DNA of 63,951 nucleotides, filler included, from Octopus bimaculoides (GCF_001194135.2; 6 parts of 6 records of this genome joined end to end with filler, not necessarily neighbours in it); one strand, 5' to 3'. Positions 34,851 to 49,439 are shown, counted from the first letter of the whole stretch. A program made the numbers and translations. The notes: generated by a model not told the origin, from the sequence alone.

Positions 34851-37800
34851 TAAATAACAAATATATATNNNNNNNNNNNNNNNNNNNNNNNNNNNNNNNN
34901 NNNNNNNNNNNNNNNNNNNNNNNNNNNNNNNNNNNNNNNNNNNNNNNNNNNNNNNNNNNNNNNNNNNNNNNNNNNNNNNNNNNNNNNNNNNNNNNNNNNN
35001 NNNNNNNNNNNNNNNNNNNNNNNNNNNNNNNNNNNNNNNNNNNNNNNNNNNNNNNNNNNNNNNNNNNNNNNNNNNNNNNNNNNNNNNNNNNNNNNNNNNN
35101 NNNNNNNNNNNNNNNNNNNNNNNNNNNNNNNNNNNNNNNNNNNNNNNNNNNNNNNNNNNNNNNNNNNNNNNNNNNNNNNNNNNNNNNNNNNNNNNNNNNN
35201 NNNNNNNNNNNNNNNNNNNNNNNNNNNNNNNNNNNNNNNNNNNNNNNNNNNNNNNNNNNNNNNNNNNNNNNNNNNNNNNNNNATATATATATATATATAT
35301 ATATATATACGTACATACATGCATACATACATACGTACATATATACGTACATACATACATACTCGCACATGTATACATACAGGATCTAGTGCAGAATCTA
35401 TTATATAAATAAAATATATGCAACAGAACAACTGTATAGGAAAGGAAATAAATGAAATATAACAATTAAAGAGTTCAGTTTTATGCATTTAATCAAGGAA
35501 ACTAATTAAACCACGTGCTCAAGGTACGTGACCGCTTTCAGTTATGGTCTCTGACCTATTGACGCAAGCAGAGGGGGGATATATTCACCTGTCCTATGCT
35601 CGTAAACCTCTACTTTTCAGCATATTTAAGGACATACTCTGTGTGACTGTCTAACAGGAATTACTGCTTGAATTTTGGTCCTGGTGAAGAGACATTTCCA
35701 TTTCAATATATAACTAGCATCTTGGATTCTGTACAAATCTTATTTTTGTAATATTAATAACATACAATTATAATTGATATCATAATACATCAGTGAAGTA
35801 ATGACAATAGAACATGTTAATATGCTAGTGTTGTTATTAATGTTGTTTAGTTCCAGGTAAACTCTAATTGAACAGTTTTAGTTTATTATTCTTTCCAATA
35901 CATTTTTCAAGATATTAGGGCGTAAAATGATAAAAAAATGTAAATGCAATGTGTTGCAGACTCACATGCCATGGGTTATTGCCTTCTTCTTGACCTCTTA
36001 AGTCAAAGCATGAGTTTTTGTGGTTCAAGATGCATGATTTTTAAATCTCCACGACAAAGTCAATTCCATATTGAACTCATCAATGATAAATGAATGAAAT
36101 ATAATAGAAGAATAATTCCATCAGAATTCTGTTCATTACAATGGTTAATATTGCTTCTTTATGGGAGAAAGGACCGAATGGTATGTAGTACTTGTTAGAC
36201 TGACCTGATCGAAATTGCAACTGGATCTCCTAAAAATCCTGAGTAATGCAGTTTAGGTACCCTGTTTAAAAGAAAATGAAAATACAAGATAGGAAGTTTC
36301 ATGGCTGGAAAGTTTTTGATCAAAATACTCTTGTATAAGCAGTATAAGCGATTTTAGTTTCATCAAATTATTAACCTCTTCTATCTCTCTCTCTCTTTAT
36401 CATCCCCTCGCTCTCTTTCTTTCTCTTTCACACATACACAGATATATGTATATGCATGTATGTATGTAGGTAGGTAGGTTGGTAGGTAGGTAGGTAGGCA
36501 TACGCATGTGTGTGTATATGTTTGTATATACGATGACATGTTACTAATACAGAATGAGAGCGTTTGTTTGGTCAATGCCATACATTACACTGCAGCGAGA
36601 ATATCTGTACTGCATGAAATAGTGACAAAATCACCTTCAAATGAGAACAGGACAGTTACTTTTGAACAATGTACCCCTAGATATGTAAAAAGGACGAAAT
36701 CGTCAATACAAGACCGCTTTTGATTATCAGGATGCTCAATAAGAAACGATCTAGATTTAAATAACAATCTTAGTTAGTGAAAGAAAAGGAGGAAAAGCCC
36801 TTAATATTTTATGCCATTCAAAGGAACGTGAATGTAAAAACCATGATAATAGTGCAGGGCCATCAGATTTTGTAGTGAAAGCTGTCTAATTCATTGACCT
36901 TATCATGAATCTCATCCCATTTATGTTCTTTTTGCTTGTACAGATTGGTCAGGTCCTGATATGTTTCAGCACCTGTTACAATTTTTAGTCTTCTGATAAG
37001 CATAACAACGAAGAACTACTATTTTTTGCTTTTGTACTTGTAATTTCTATAACTAAGTACTCTTCGTTTTATTAACTCCTACTGCACGAAGTACCTTAAC
37101 TTAATGTTCCTTCGCACATGGAATGATAAATCCAGGGAATTAACTCTATATATTGGGAATGGAGTTGACGACAAGCCTAGGATTAACAATACCACAAATG
37201 TACCTTGCTTTGAACGTCGTGTTCCGACGCCCAAGTAATGTGGGACAAGATTATAGGTATATATGTAGAGCAACACTCAGGCCCTGAATTCCTGCCACGT
37301 TCTACGTTTGGAATATAGGCACACTCTTCTATATGTCCTATGCTTTCGATAGGACAAACATCAGGTAGAGCTCTCTTCAATTTTTGTCGTCTTTTTTGCC
37401 TGTTGTCGGATGAACTACTTAGGTAACAGGCACCTTTTCGTGCCCTATCATTTATATCCTTTATTTTTCTGTCGATTAGGTGCAACTTTACAGTTTTTTT
37501 AGCTTTTGTTAGTAATTTGTAAAGATCATACAAGTTTGCATTGCTTTTTGTTAATGTTAGCACTTCTGTCAATGATGTACAAACTTTCGTCTTCGACTGC
37601 CAGGTTGTGACCCATATGCTTCATTTTTATTTGTGTTTATATTTTAAATTCTCATTTAATTTTTTTTATTTACATCATCAAAATTTATCTCACTTTTGTT
37701 TGGCGGAAGTATTCAATGCTATATTATAGTCAGCTTCGCTTCATAGATTATCCAGTGTATGAAACGAAAAAGACCCAGATAGGCTATGTCTATGACCACA

Positions 37801-38358
37801 CACAAATTAATAAGTTAGTTGTGAATGTACCATTAAATATGTTTCTAATAACAAGTTTAGTTATGTTATGACACCTTTCAACTCTGGTAATTGCCCCGAC
37901 GGTACTTGTTCTGCCTTTTGCAATACCTTAAACTTACTCGAATAAGATAAATGAAAAATAAATGAATAAATAATGTAATTCAGGATGTAGGCGCGCATTT
38001 TGTTGATAGAGCGTAGAGCGATAGAAAACGATTCCTGAATTCATTCTAGATGTTGTCTTTCAATGTATGTACCAATTACTATAACAACAAAAGCCGCTAG
38101 TTTCTATTGAATGTATTGAATACTTTGTAAAATTGTAAAACTGAAAGAATAAAAGAGTAACTATTGCGCCAACATTAAGAATAACAAACACCGGAAGGAA
38201 AATAAAACGGCTTATACATATGTGTATATGAACACACACACGAGCACAAACACATACACATAAATACATATACGTATGTTTGTATGTAGGTTAGTAGGTA
38301 GGTGGGCATGTGTGCATGTATATGTGTGTATGCGTATATATATATATATACTCATGTA

Positions 38359-38415
<57 letters not shown>

Positions 38416-38507
38416 NNNNNNNNNNNNNNNNNNNNNNNNNNNNNNNNNNNNNNNNNNNNNNNNNNNNNNNNNNNNNNNNNNNNNNNNNNNNNNNNNNNNN
38501 NNNNNNN

Positions 38508-38565
<58 letters not shown>

Positions 38566-39839
38566 TTGCTTATGCTGGAAGAATCTTTACACACTATACT
38601 AAATCATATTTCCTTACCTTCTGAATGGGCGTTCTTGGTACATGCCCATAGCAACCGGTTATTTTTTTCTCTTGTCGAAGTAAACAACAGTCAAGTAACC
38701 ATCACATAGACATGTGGCCTTCTAGAGATTATTCTTATTATTATTCTTACTATCATTGTTAACATTATTTTTGTCGTTGTCGTCGTCATTGAAATTTCCT
38801 TCGTGTTCTGGCGTGTGTGAATGTCCCTCTGGGGGGCTGCATTGAAATCGAATTATTACCAAGTTTCTACTGGATGAAGATATTTCTTTTCTAGATTATT
38901 TTACAAAGAGGAAAATTAGGAACATCGGGACATCCATCCCAATGCCTGGCAAAGATAGTTCGTCTGCGTTTTAACTAATACTTTATTATGAATTATTATA
39001 TTTACAGTATTCTACATAGCCTCTTCTATTAGAAGTGTAGTGAGAAATAATGAAAAAAATGGAGGAAAGCGGAGTAAAATCTGATACGTTCCAATCACAA
39101 TAAATCAATAAAACAGCGTATAAATTGTCGAAAACAAATTTTTTACGATATAAAGTATTTAAGTAAAGTTTACAAAATGTTCTAATGAAAAACATAGTTG
39201 TATGCACAGGTAATCATATTTCAATTGTCGAAAATTCAAAACTTTTGCCATATAAACAAAAGTACAGACCTGCACACTCACACACACTTTTGCCAAAACG
39301 AAGAATAATTGAAGAATGCATGGTAGATTTTATTTCGCTTACACCGCCAGTGACTAATAAGTATTAAACATGAACCAGCTGGCTGAGCAAAAACTTTGAC
39401 AGACAATCGTAAGCAAGAAATGCGCTAGAACATTCCTTTGTAAGCTATAAAGGAGGAAAGTCAGTTATTATTAAATCACGAAAATTGAAGTAGATCACCT
39501 TATTCTCCTAAGAGAAAATTTAAATGTGGCTTTGGTCGATGTAAGTAGCGTTACGTCGCTTCTGCTTGCAATGATATAACCGACAAGACCATGCATAATG
39601 TTTTTTTTTAACTAAGGATTAGTCGAGGAAGCAAGCAGAATCAATGCTTCCTACACATGCCAATGCATAAGCGCCGAAATATATGGGTGGACATAATATA
39701 AGGGTCACAGTGAAAGATAATGTCAGTAATGTTGGCCCATGACTCATCAGTTTATTTGAGGGATTGTTCTGAGAAATGATGAATTCCGAGACTACCAGAA
39801 ATGACATCAAGTCGGATAGGGTTTATATATGCTAATACA

Positions 39840-39914
<75 letters not shown>

Positions 39915-39955
39915 ATATATATATATATATATATATTTATTTATTTATGCGTTTC

Positions 39956-40055
39956 NNNNNNNNNNNNNNNNNNNNNNNNNNNNNNNNNNNNNNNNNNNNT
40001 TAATTAATTAANNNNNNNNNNNNNNNNNNNNNNNNNNNNNNNNNNNNNNNNNNNN
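39956..40055. other. Assembly spacer N44-TTAATTAATTAA-N44 (artefact)
   Basis: 12-mer at 40000-40011. Confidence 0.95.
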
Positions 40056-40125
<70 letters not shown>

Positions 40126-40645
40126 CATATACACATACACATAAATATATATAGCTAATTTTGTCTCACAACACCACGCAAGACGGCTATAGTAAACACC
40201 GCTTAACTCTAGGCAATATATCGAGACTGCCTCACACATCCCAACTGATCACTACAGCCAGTATCATCCTTAGTAACCCACACGCACGATCACCACAATA
40301 AGTCAAAAGTACCTCAAATCACACTCATCCTGACGTCTTAAAACAAACAAAGTGGTGTACTTCTAGATGCACTGAGTTTAAATTTAAATAGTCATGGATG
40401 AAAATTGCTATCTTTGTCGGTCTGCTGGATCAGGATTGAGCTGGGGTTCAGACAGATCTGCATGGAATTGACTAAGAAGACAGAAAGTGTAAAGATTAAA
40501 AATTCTGAATTCCTTTTTGCATTGCTAATGATTGTATACACTTCACTCAATGCAAAGTCTTGGATTTTGCATCATGTAAAACAACGACCAATTATTTTTC
40601 TTATTATTGTTAGTTGTAGTGATAGTATTATTTAAAAGAAGACAA

Positions 40646-41005
40646 AGCGGCGAACAGGCAGAATCGTTAGCACACCAGACAAAATGCTTAGCGGTATCTC
40701 GTTCGTCTTTACGTTCTAAGCTGCATTTCATCCTTTCCGGATCGATAAAATAAACGACCAGTTGAACGCTGGGGTCATTGGTAATCGAAATTATTGCCCT
40801 TTTCTTTTGTTTCGGTCATTTGACTGCGGCCATGCTGGAACAACGTCTTTTGTCGAACAAATCTACCGAAGACTTATTCTTTGTTTGCATAGTACTTATT
40901 CTGTCGGGTCTCTTTGGCCGAAACTCTAAGTTACGGGAACATAAACTCACCAACATCGGTTGTCAAGCAATGGTGGAGGAACAAACACAGACAAACAAGC
41001 ATATA
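40646..41005. mobile_element. Family A SINE (+, about 40646-40790) abutting a family B SINE 3' part (-, about 40800-41005)
   Basis: Both recognisable by homology with other copies in the window. Confidence 0.8.
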
Positions 41006-41794
41006 TATATANNNNNNNNNNNNNNNNNNNNNNNNNNNNNNNNNNNNNNNNNNNNNNNNNNNNNNNNNNNNNNNNNNNNNNNNNNNNNNNNNNNNNNNNN
41101 NNNNNNNNNNNNNNNNNNNNNNNNNNNNNNNNNNNNNNNNNNNNNNNNNNNNNNNNNNNNNNNNNNNNNNNNNNNNNNNNNNNNNNNNNNNNNNNNNNNN
41201 NNNNNNNNNNNNNNNNNNNNNNNNNNNNNNNNNNNNNNNNNNNNNNNNNNNNNNNNNNNNNNNNNNNNNNNNNNNNNNNNNNNNNNNNNNNNNNNNNNNN
41301 NNNNNNNNNNNNNNNNNNNNNNNNNNNNNNNNNNNNNNNNNNNNNNNNNNNNNNNNNNNNNNNNNNNNNNNNNNNNNNNNNNNNNNNNNNNNNNNNNNNN
41401 NNNNNNNNNNNNNNNNNNNNNNNNNNNNNNNNNNNNNNNNNNNNNNNNNNNNNNNNNNNNNNNNNNNNNNNNNNNNNNNNNNNNNNNNNNNNNNNNNNNN
41501 NNNNNNNNNNNGGCATTACTACAGAATAATTCCACACAATGAACTTCCCAAAATAAGCACATTTAGTACCGAATGCGAAGAAGTCCAGTGTGTGGCATTA
41601 TTCTGTAGTTATGCCCCTTATATAAATATAAACGAATAATTATATTCTTGGGAATAGAAATTTGCCTTATGAATTTTTTTACACACTGGCTTCTTGATAA
41701 AATCCTTGTAAATGCTTTTTATCCGTTTTTGAATTTATACATATCTATATATATAAATGATGGGCTTCTTTCAATTTCCCTCTACCAAATCCAC

Positions 41795-41852
41795 TGTTGT
41801 TTATACCACCAGATCCCGTGATTTCGACCTTCCTTAGTTTCATCAATGATGG
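41795..41852 (-). ncRNA. Degenerate hammerhead-like motif, copy 1
   Basis: Minus strand TTGATGA-AACT-AAGGAA-GGTC-GAAA-TCAC-GGGATCTG-GTGG-TA: core variant, weak stem II, stem III present, GUA triplet; stem I 3' strand missing. Confidence 0.4.
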
Positions 41853-42145
41853 ATGCTCGACCGCTAGAGATAGCAGCAATTCATCCCCGCCAGCGATTAA
41901 CAATGCTAGAGCATGCGCTGGTGTCGCAATTAGCTAGTGAGCTTATTAAAAAATATTTATTAGCGACAGATTCTGTATTAATATCGAGAGGCGATATTCA
42001 TTCCCACTTTATCGTGGATGTTCCGTTAGAACAAACCATACTATGGTCGTAACCATAAGAGAAACTCTTATATTGGCTTTTGGTGCAAAGTGCATTTTTG
42101 TTTATATGACCGGTGGAGAGATAAATCCCCGCTTCCTCTAGCTCT

Positions 42146-42200
42146 GAAACTTCTAGATTACGTGATTTCGACCTTCTTTGGTCTTGTCAATGACAGTCGG
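42146..42200 (-). ncRNA. Degenerate hammerhead-like motif, copy 2
   Basis: Minus strand TTGACAA-GACC-AAAGAA-GGTC-GAAA-TCACG: perfect stem II, U3/A8 core variant, stems I and III degenerate. Confidence 0.35.
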
Positions 42201-42544
42201 CTGACCGCAAGAGATATGTATCTGTAGGTGTTTTATTTATACGTTCCATATCTACGGGATGATGCCAAGGAAAATGTCCCTTTAAGACGCATTTCATATT
42301 GCCTTCTATTTCAAATACTTCTAGCTTCCACTTAAAGATGATATATACAGAAAACAGAAATGATTGTTTGAAAAAGATTTAGCTGTTATTTCTAGCATAT
42401 TTAGCTACCATTGGTGGCCTCTCTCCATTGACAGTCTTTTAAAGAGAGTAATTGTGAGAGGGAAAGTTAGTATTGGTAGGATATTAATGTGTTTCCAAGA
42501 TATTGTGGAATGTACAGATTAAACAAACAACTTTCAATAATAGT

Positions 42545-42545
42545 G

Positions 42546-42589
<44 letters not shown>

Positions 42590-42632
42590 TTCTTCTTCTT
42601 CTTCTTCTTCTTCTTCTTCTTCTTCTTCTTCT

Positions 42633-42664
<32 letters not shown>

Positions 42665-42700
42665 ATCATCATCATCATCATCGTCATCATCATCATCACC
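42545..42700. repeat. (CAT)n-(CTT)n-(CAT)n compound trinucleotide repeat
   Basis: Read directly. Confidence 0.95.
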
Positions 42701-43575
42701 ACCATTACTAGCATTATCACCACAGTCACTTCCACCAACGCTGCGGCCAGCACCATCACCGACAATAACACCACCATCGTCACCAACACTAACACCAGCT
42801 TTACCACTTCCATCACCTTCACCACTACCATCCACATCATCATTATCAATTTTCTGCCCCTCCTCCTCCTCCTCCTCCTCTTCTTTCAGCTAATACTCCG
42901 CCTACCAACTCCCCTTCTATACTCACATACATACATACATACATACATACATACATACATGCACGCATACATACATACATACAGAGCATGCGTATATTTG
43001 CATATACTATGCACATATAGAACAGATACATGTATATAAAAACACATATATACACAAACATATAAATACATGCATATATGTGCGTGCGTGTGTTTTTTTA
43101 TACACACACACGCACGCATATATATAATAAAATAAATAATATATAAATATATGCATATATACATATATATATTGGTTTATTCGTTTTATTGTTGTTCTTC
43201 CTTCGCGTTTCAATGTATATGTATCTGTCTTTGTGCACGTCTGTATACATGTGTATATATACATACATATGTGTGTGTNNNNNNNNNNNNNNNNNNNNNN
43301 NNNNNNNNNNNNNNNNNNNNNNNNNNNNNNNNNNNNNNNNNNNNNNNNNNNNNNNNNNNNNNNNNNNNNNNNNNNNNNNNNNNNNNNNNNNNNNNNNNNN
43401 NNNNNNNNNNNNNNNNNNNNNNNNNNNNNNNNNNNNNNNNNNNNNNNNNNNNNNNNNNNNNNNNNNNNNNNNNNNNNNNNNNNNNNNNNNNNNNNNNNNN
43501 NNNNNNNNNNTTATGCGAGTGTATGTATATGTATGTCTTCATGAATACATGCACGCACATATGTGCGTATGTTTG

Positions 43576-43613
<38 letters not shown>

Positions 43614-43879
43614 TATGCATATGTGCAGCTATGTGCGTGAATATGTTTGTGTGTTTGTAGATGTATATATGTAAACGGAAGATGGTGCGTATGTATGTTT
43701 GCATGTATGTATGTGTAAATTTGCACTGCATTTCACGGAGAGTTTTTCAGTTCTTTAGCGGGGATGGGCATTGTTGATATATTTTTTCGTATTTTTTATT
43801 GTTTTATTTGTTCTTTAAATCGTCATCATCAACATCTCTTCCATCATCAAGATTACCGTCATTGAACTTATCGCCAAGA

Positions 43880-43987
43880 TATCATCATCATCGTCATCAT
43901 CCTCGTCATCATAGTCATTATAGTAATCATTGTCATTGTCGTTGTCATCATCTTCATCATCACCATTATCGTCGTCATGACCAGCAC

Positions 43988-44022
<35 letters not shown>

Positions 44023-44210
44023 GAACCACCACCAACGCCACCACCACCAGCGACAGCACCATTATAATTATCGTCCTCGCCGTCATCATAATAATGATCA
44101 TCATCATCATCAACTTCACCATCAGAACCATCACCAAAACCATGATCATTACTATCATAACCACTATGATGATACTGGTCATCGATGTCGACGTCGTCGT
44201 CGTCTTCATT

Positions 44211-44252
<42 letters not shown>

Positions 44253-44255
44253 GTC

Positions 44256-44291
<36 letters not shown>

Positions 44292-44292
44292 G

Positions 44293-44324
<32 letters not shown>

Positions 44325-44387
44325 GTCTTCATCATCATCATCATCATCATCATCGTCATCATCATCATCGTCATAATCATCATCGTC

Positions 44388-44426
<39 letters not shown>

Positions 44427-44578
44427 TTCATCATCATCATCATCATCATCATCATCGTCTTCATCATCATCATCATCGTCTTCATCATCGTCATCATCAT
44501 CATCATCATCGTCTTCATCATCATCATCATCATCATCATCATCGTCATCATCATCATCATCATCATCACCATCATCAT
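43880..44578. repeat. About 700-bp cryptic (CAT)n array
   Basis: Degenerate at the left, nearly pure CAT with recurrent CGT/CTT interruptions at the right; source of the poly-H, D, M and I ORFs. Confidence 0.92.
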
Positions 44579-45556
44579 GTTTAACATGATGCGTCGTAGC
44601 CAATATCAACAAGAACGATGAATGATAATAATGATGAGGAGGGGGAGGAGGAGGAGGAGAAGGAGGTGACAGTTGTTCTGGCTGGTCATTGTGCTTCGTT
44701 AATTAAGTTGAGTTAATTCACGGTTCCTCAGTTACCTATGATGCCTCCCAGCTCGAGAGTTCAATCTCTCTCAAGGTGGAAGCCACTACAGAACCGATCA
44801 GGCAGACTGGAATAGCAGCCGAATATCATACCTTTGAAATCACACACTACCCGCTTATAAAATCGATCTACGTATTTGATAAGTAGATGGGAAGGTCAGA
44901 TTTGGTACGCCTTTGATAATAAGACCTCTCAATCATGGTTGACCTATGGCTGAGCAGTTACTACACCCACTAATACTAACTACTGTACTTAATATAATGT
45001 AGTCCTAGATATACGATGGCTGCCTGTATAATAGATGTGATGGTCATGGATTTACTGCCTTTGAATATTTTGGGGGAGGGGACTAGTCGATTACATCGAT
45101 CCCAGTGTTTTATTGATACTTAATTTATCGACCCCGAATGGATGAAAGACAAATAAGATATCCGTGTATATATGTATATGCATGCGTATATTTGCATATA
45201 CTATGCACATATAGAACAGATATATGTATATAAGTACACATATATACACAAACATCTGAAGTCAATAAATGAAGAATAAATATTTTGGAGAAGGAATTGA
45301 TTGAGTGGGGGTGGGGGAGGCTGAGATGCGTAATCAAGTAATTGAACCAACTGTACGAACGAGATTTAAAAGTTAGTATACTATTGGGTCGCTACTTACA
45401 CAGGTTTCCAACGGATGATTTAAGGGTTCTCTGCATTTCCTATGGCGATAGCGAATAGAAAATATTTAAACCTTGGTAACGAACAAATATCATGAAAGAC
45501 TTGATTGGAAAGACACTAGTTTTGAGTAATACATACATATATGTATGTGTGTGTGC

Positions 45557-45592
<36 letters not shown>

Positions 45593-45605
45593 GCGCCCTT
45601 TTAAA

Positions 45606-45705
45606 NNNNNNNNNNNNNNNNNNNNNNNNNNNNNNNNNNNNNNNNNNNNTTAATTAATTAANNNNNNNNNNNNNNNNNNNNNNNNNNNNNNNNNNNNNNN
45701 NNNNN
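45606..45705. other. Assembly spacer N44-TTAATTAATTAA-N44 (artefact)
   Basis: 12-mer at 45650-45661. Confidence 0.95.
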
Positions 45706-45761
<56 letters not shown>

Positions 45762-45905
45762 CTGTACATATGTATATATACGTATGTATATACATATATA
45801 TTTGTATATATGTATATGAATATATATGTATATATATGTGTGTATCTTTACATATAAATGCATGCAAATGTAAACATATGTATATACATACATACCGACA
45901 TATAT

Positions 45906-46021
<116 letters not shown>

Positions 46022-46475
46022 ATACAGATATCATCATCATCATGGACTCTCTCGCCGTTAGACGACGTATGAAGGTTCGACAATTTCTTGCCGAAGAACC
46101 ACACAGATTTGTTTATAGTGATCAGATGTTTATGTTCACATAAGCTCACTCCCGCCATCAAATCGCCATTACCTGTACAGGTGCACCGTGTGTCGCATGT
46201 CAGATTTCGAAATGATCGCAGAGGAACGTGAAATGAAGAACTTTATCATTTAAGTATATATGAGCATGTCTAGATATGCAACAATATGTATGACGATACA
46301 TATATAAAGCAAAACATAAAAGTCTGCACAGCTACGTACATACATACATACATACATACCCTGTTGATACTGAAATTGCAATGAAGGATCCTTGGATTAG
46401 AAACCGGCTCTTTTTCTATTGGTAAGAAATCTTGAAATAAAACTGAATATTGACACACACATATGTATATGTATG

Positions 46476-46529
<54 letters not shown>

Positions 46530-46685
46530 TGCGTGCGCGCACGAGTATGTATGATCCTAACATACATATTGATTCGTATTTCGTATACTGAGTTCTCCTG
46601 TCTTGGACTTAAATGCCTTTCTTGACGTTCTGTAAGTGTTTCTATTACCCACTCTGTCTTTATTACTTTTTCTTTCTCTTTCAAT

Positions 46686-46753
<68 letters not shown>

Positions 46754-47639
46754 CTATCCATCTATCAATCGATGTAGGATTTGTCACACGAGTAGAAGTA
46801 AAATGAATGAAATTTTGAAATTGCCCATATTTTTGAAATTTCCCATGATACTTTTGTAAAGATTTATTTTCATATATCGAACTTGTTTTACAGTTTTATG
46901 AATTGAAAATGTTGTGTGAGATAGAAGGAACCGAAGCTATATTTGTCTCATTTAGTAAACATTTTAAATTTCTTTTAGTTTCTGTTCGCTTTGACCCTGA
47001 ACATCTGAGAGAAAAAGAAAGAGAGAGAAAGAGAGAGAGAGAGGGGGGAGAAAGAAAGAGAGAGAAAGAGGAAGAGAGAGACAGACAGAGAGAGGCAGAA
47101 GCAGTGAAACACAGAGACAGAGAGAGACAGACGGGGGGAGACAGAAAGGGACGGGAGAGAGATAAACTCCAACTGCAGTACTTGACTAGTATTTGGTTTA
47201 TCGATCTCCTAAATGATAAGGATGAAACTCAATGTTGAATTTGATGTGATTTGAACTTAGAAGATATAGTTAGTTTACAATTTCAGACAAGTTGAGTATA
47301 AATATACAAAATAACTGATATAAAATAACATGTTTTTGAATAAAACTTCTGGTCGAAAGCAAAATGATACTGCTTTTTATGGAAACTGATTTTGATGTGA
47401 AATTGTTTCACGGAAACGTGATTTCATAATTAGATTCTATGAATGCCGTAATCATATGAAGAGCAGCGCCCGTAAACTCATTAACAAGATGTTTGAGACT
47501 GTTTGAATGTACGAACGAACGAAACCATGACTCGGGAATTGTTGCAGTTGAAGAAAGGGTATATCAATATACTGAGTGATAATCAGACATAGATCTGGTT
47601 CATATATTTGCAACAGAGTGGATTCTGCTAACAACACTC

Positions 47640-47905
47640 AAGAATGAGACGATAGTGCTAAAACAGGTGAATTCAGAATTCCTCCAAGACTGGAACCACG
47701 TGCAATACACCCTCTACATAATTCAGTAAAACAATTAATAATTCAGTAACACAATTTCTTTTCTTGCTCTATTTAACATTATCCCAAAACAAATCAAAGA
47801 AGGAAAATATTCCATCATCTTCAAACGAAACCTGGACAGTTTTCTTCAAGGCATAGCAGGTAAACCACCTATACTCAAGTATAGGTCAATCCATTCCTTG
47901 TGTGT
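47640..47905 (+). mobile_element. CR1-like LINE 3' coding remnant
   Basis: RIPPRLEPRAIH..HN..ALFNIIPKQIKEGKYSIIFKRNLDSFLQGIA, matching the LFNxLP..FKxxLDxFL C-terminal pattern of CR1-type LINEs. Confidence 0.7.
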
Positions 47906-49439
47906 CTATACAGTATTTATTTCGCTACCCGGTATCTCCTAAAGAATTGACTCGATTCGAGGCTATAGTAGAAGACCCGAGATCACGTAATTGTAAAGCG
48001 AACATCTTAACCACATATCTGTACCTGACATCATAATCAAATTCTTAATTTATTTTGATAAGCGGAATGTGATAGTACGAGATCAATTTCTTGCTGCAGA
48101 ACAATCAGCTTTACTAGTCGACTATTTTCAGTGAGGAATCGAAACCTACTAGCAGGCACAGTCTAAATAGAAATCTATCTCGCTGCATCATAGACAACTC
48201 TGAAAGCATGGCATAGTATAAACTACATTTATTACTGAGTCAACTAAAACGATTACACGTGGCTGTCCGACCTGCTGGAAGTGATAGCTAAATTTCGCTC
48301 AAATCACAAACTGATGTCATAAGGAAGGAAGGGAAGATTCGATGATATATTCTCAGATATGATACACAATGCCTTAAAAAGACAGCACAGTCATGGTTAG
48401 AGCGTCTTTGATCAAAAGTTTCTTAACTAGAGAGTACCTGGAGCTAAACAACAACGACAACAACAATATTAGTTTCTAGCATTTTTTGAGGTCGATAAAA
48501 AATAAGCAGTAGTGAAATAATAACTGTTTCTTGTACCATTCCATATTTGTGTCTTTTGCACGAGTTGGAAAATATTATGATAGTATTATTTTTCTATAAA
48601 AATATTTATTGTACTGTTTCATTCAATGAAATAAGATATAATTTAGTGTAAAAATAACCACTCCTTAGGATTTCAGAATATTAAAAAAAAATTTTGCTTT
48701 AGTGTGAGGACCATTTTTTATGAAGGGTATCGGTCGAACAAAAATTCGTCTTGCACGTGCACGCACACATGCATGCATGCATGCGCGCACATGAACAAAC
48801 AAACACACGCACACATACACACACACACACACACACTTCTAAAGTAGCCAACGTTATTTTTGTAACGAGTGGGAGTGGAATGGTAACAAGAAAGTAAAAT
48901 ATCTATAATAATATCTACAATCATATTCAGCTTATCACGATATGTGTTCGAGTGTTACGCTTTCAATTACTCTAACTATGAAACTAATTGAAGACATAAC
49001 TAAATTCTTAATATAACAAGAAAATTTGAGCGTTAAGCTTTCAACAAACTTGACAATAGAACGACATCGAAGACATGATCGAGATTATCAACATGAGGTA
49101 CTATTATGAAAATAATTTACACATCTAGATAGAAATAACATTTAGAAAACAACGAATTTCAATGGATCTTTCTAGCTGTGTTCATTTTATACGACAATTT
49201 GGAAAGTCTAGTTGAGTTTTTGTTCATGGTACAAGCGTTTTTACATTTTTGCAGGTGTTGCATTATAGAAATGCTTTTGTGCAAGAATCGGTGCCAAAAT
49301 GTCTGTTTGAAGTAAGGTCTGGTAATTCCATATATAAAAGTGTAATATTACTCTTTTTTCCCTTCCCTCAACAATGGATGGGATAACTTGGACATGAAAG
49401 ATATATTTTTTGATAATCATTGAAAATTCGTGTACATAT

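Noticed and set aside
35480-37000. Plus-strand spliced gene using intron 35524-35620 and the strong acceptor at about 36943
   Set aside because: All phase combinations I tried hit early stops; could be UTR or lncRNA but is unsupported without RNA data.
43799-44621. Poly-His, poly-Asp, poly-Met ORFs of 214-265 aa suggesting a His-rich structural or metal-binding protein
   Set aside because: Open in several frames on both strands purely because (CAT)n lacks stops; no signal peptide, splice context or Gly/Ala-rich repeat typical of real His-rich cephalopod proteins.
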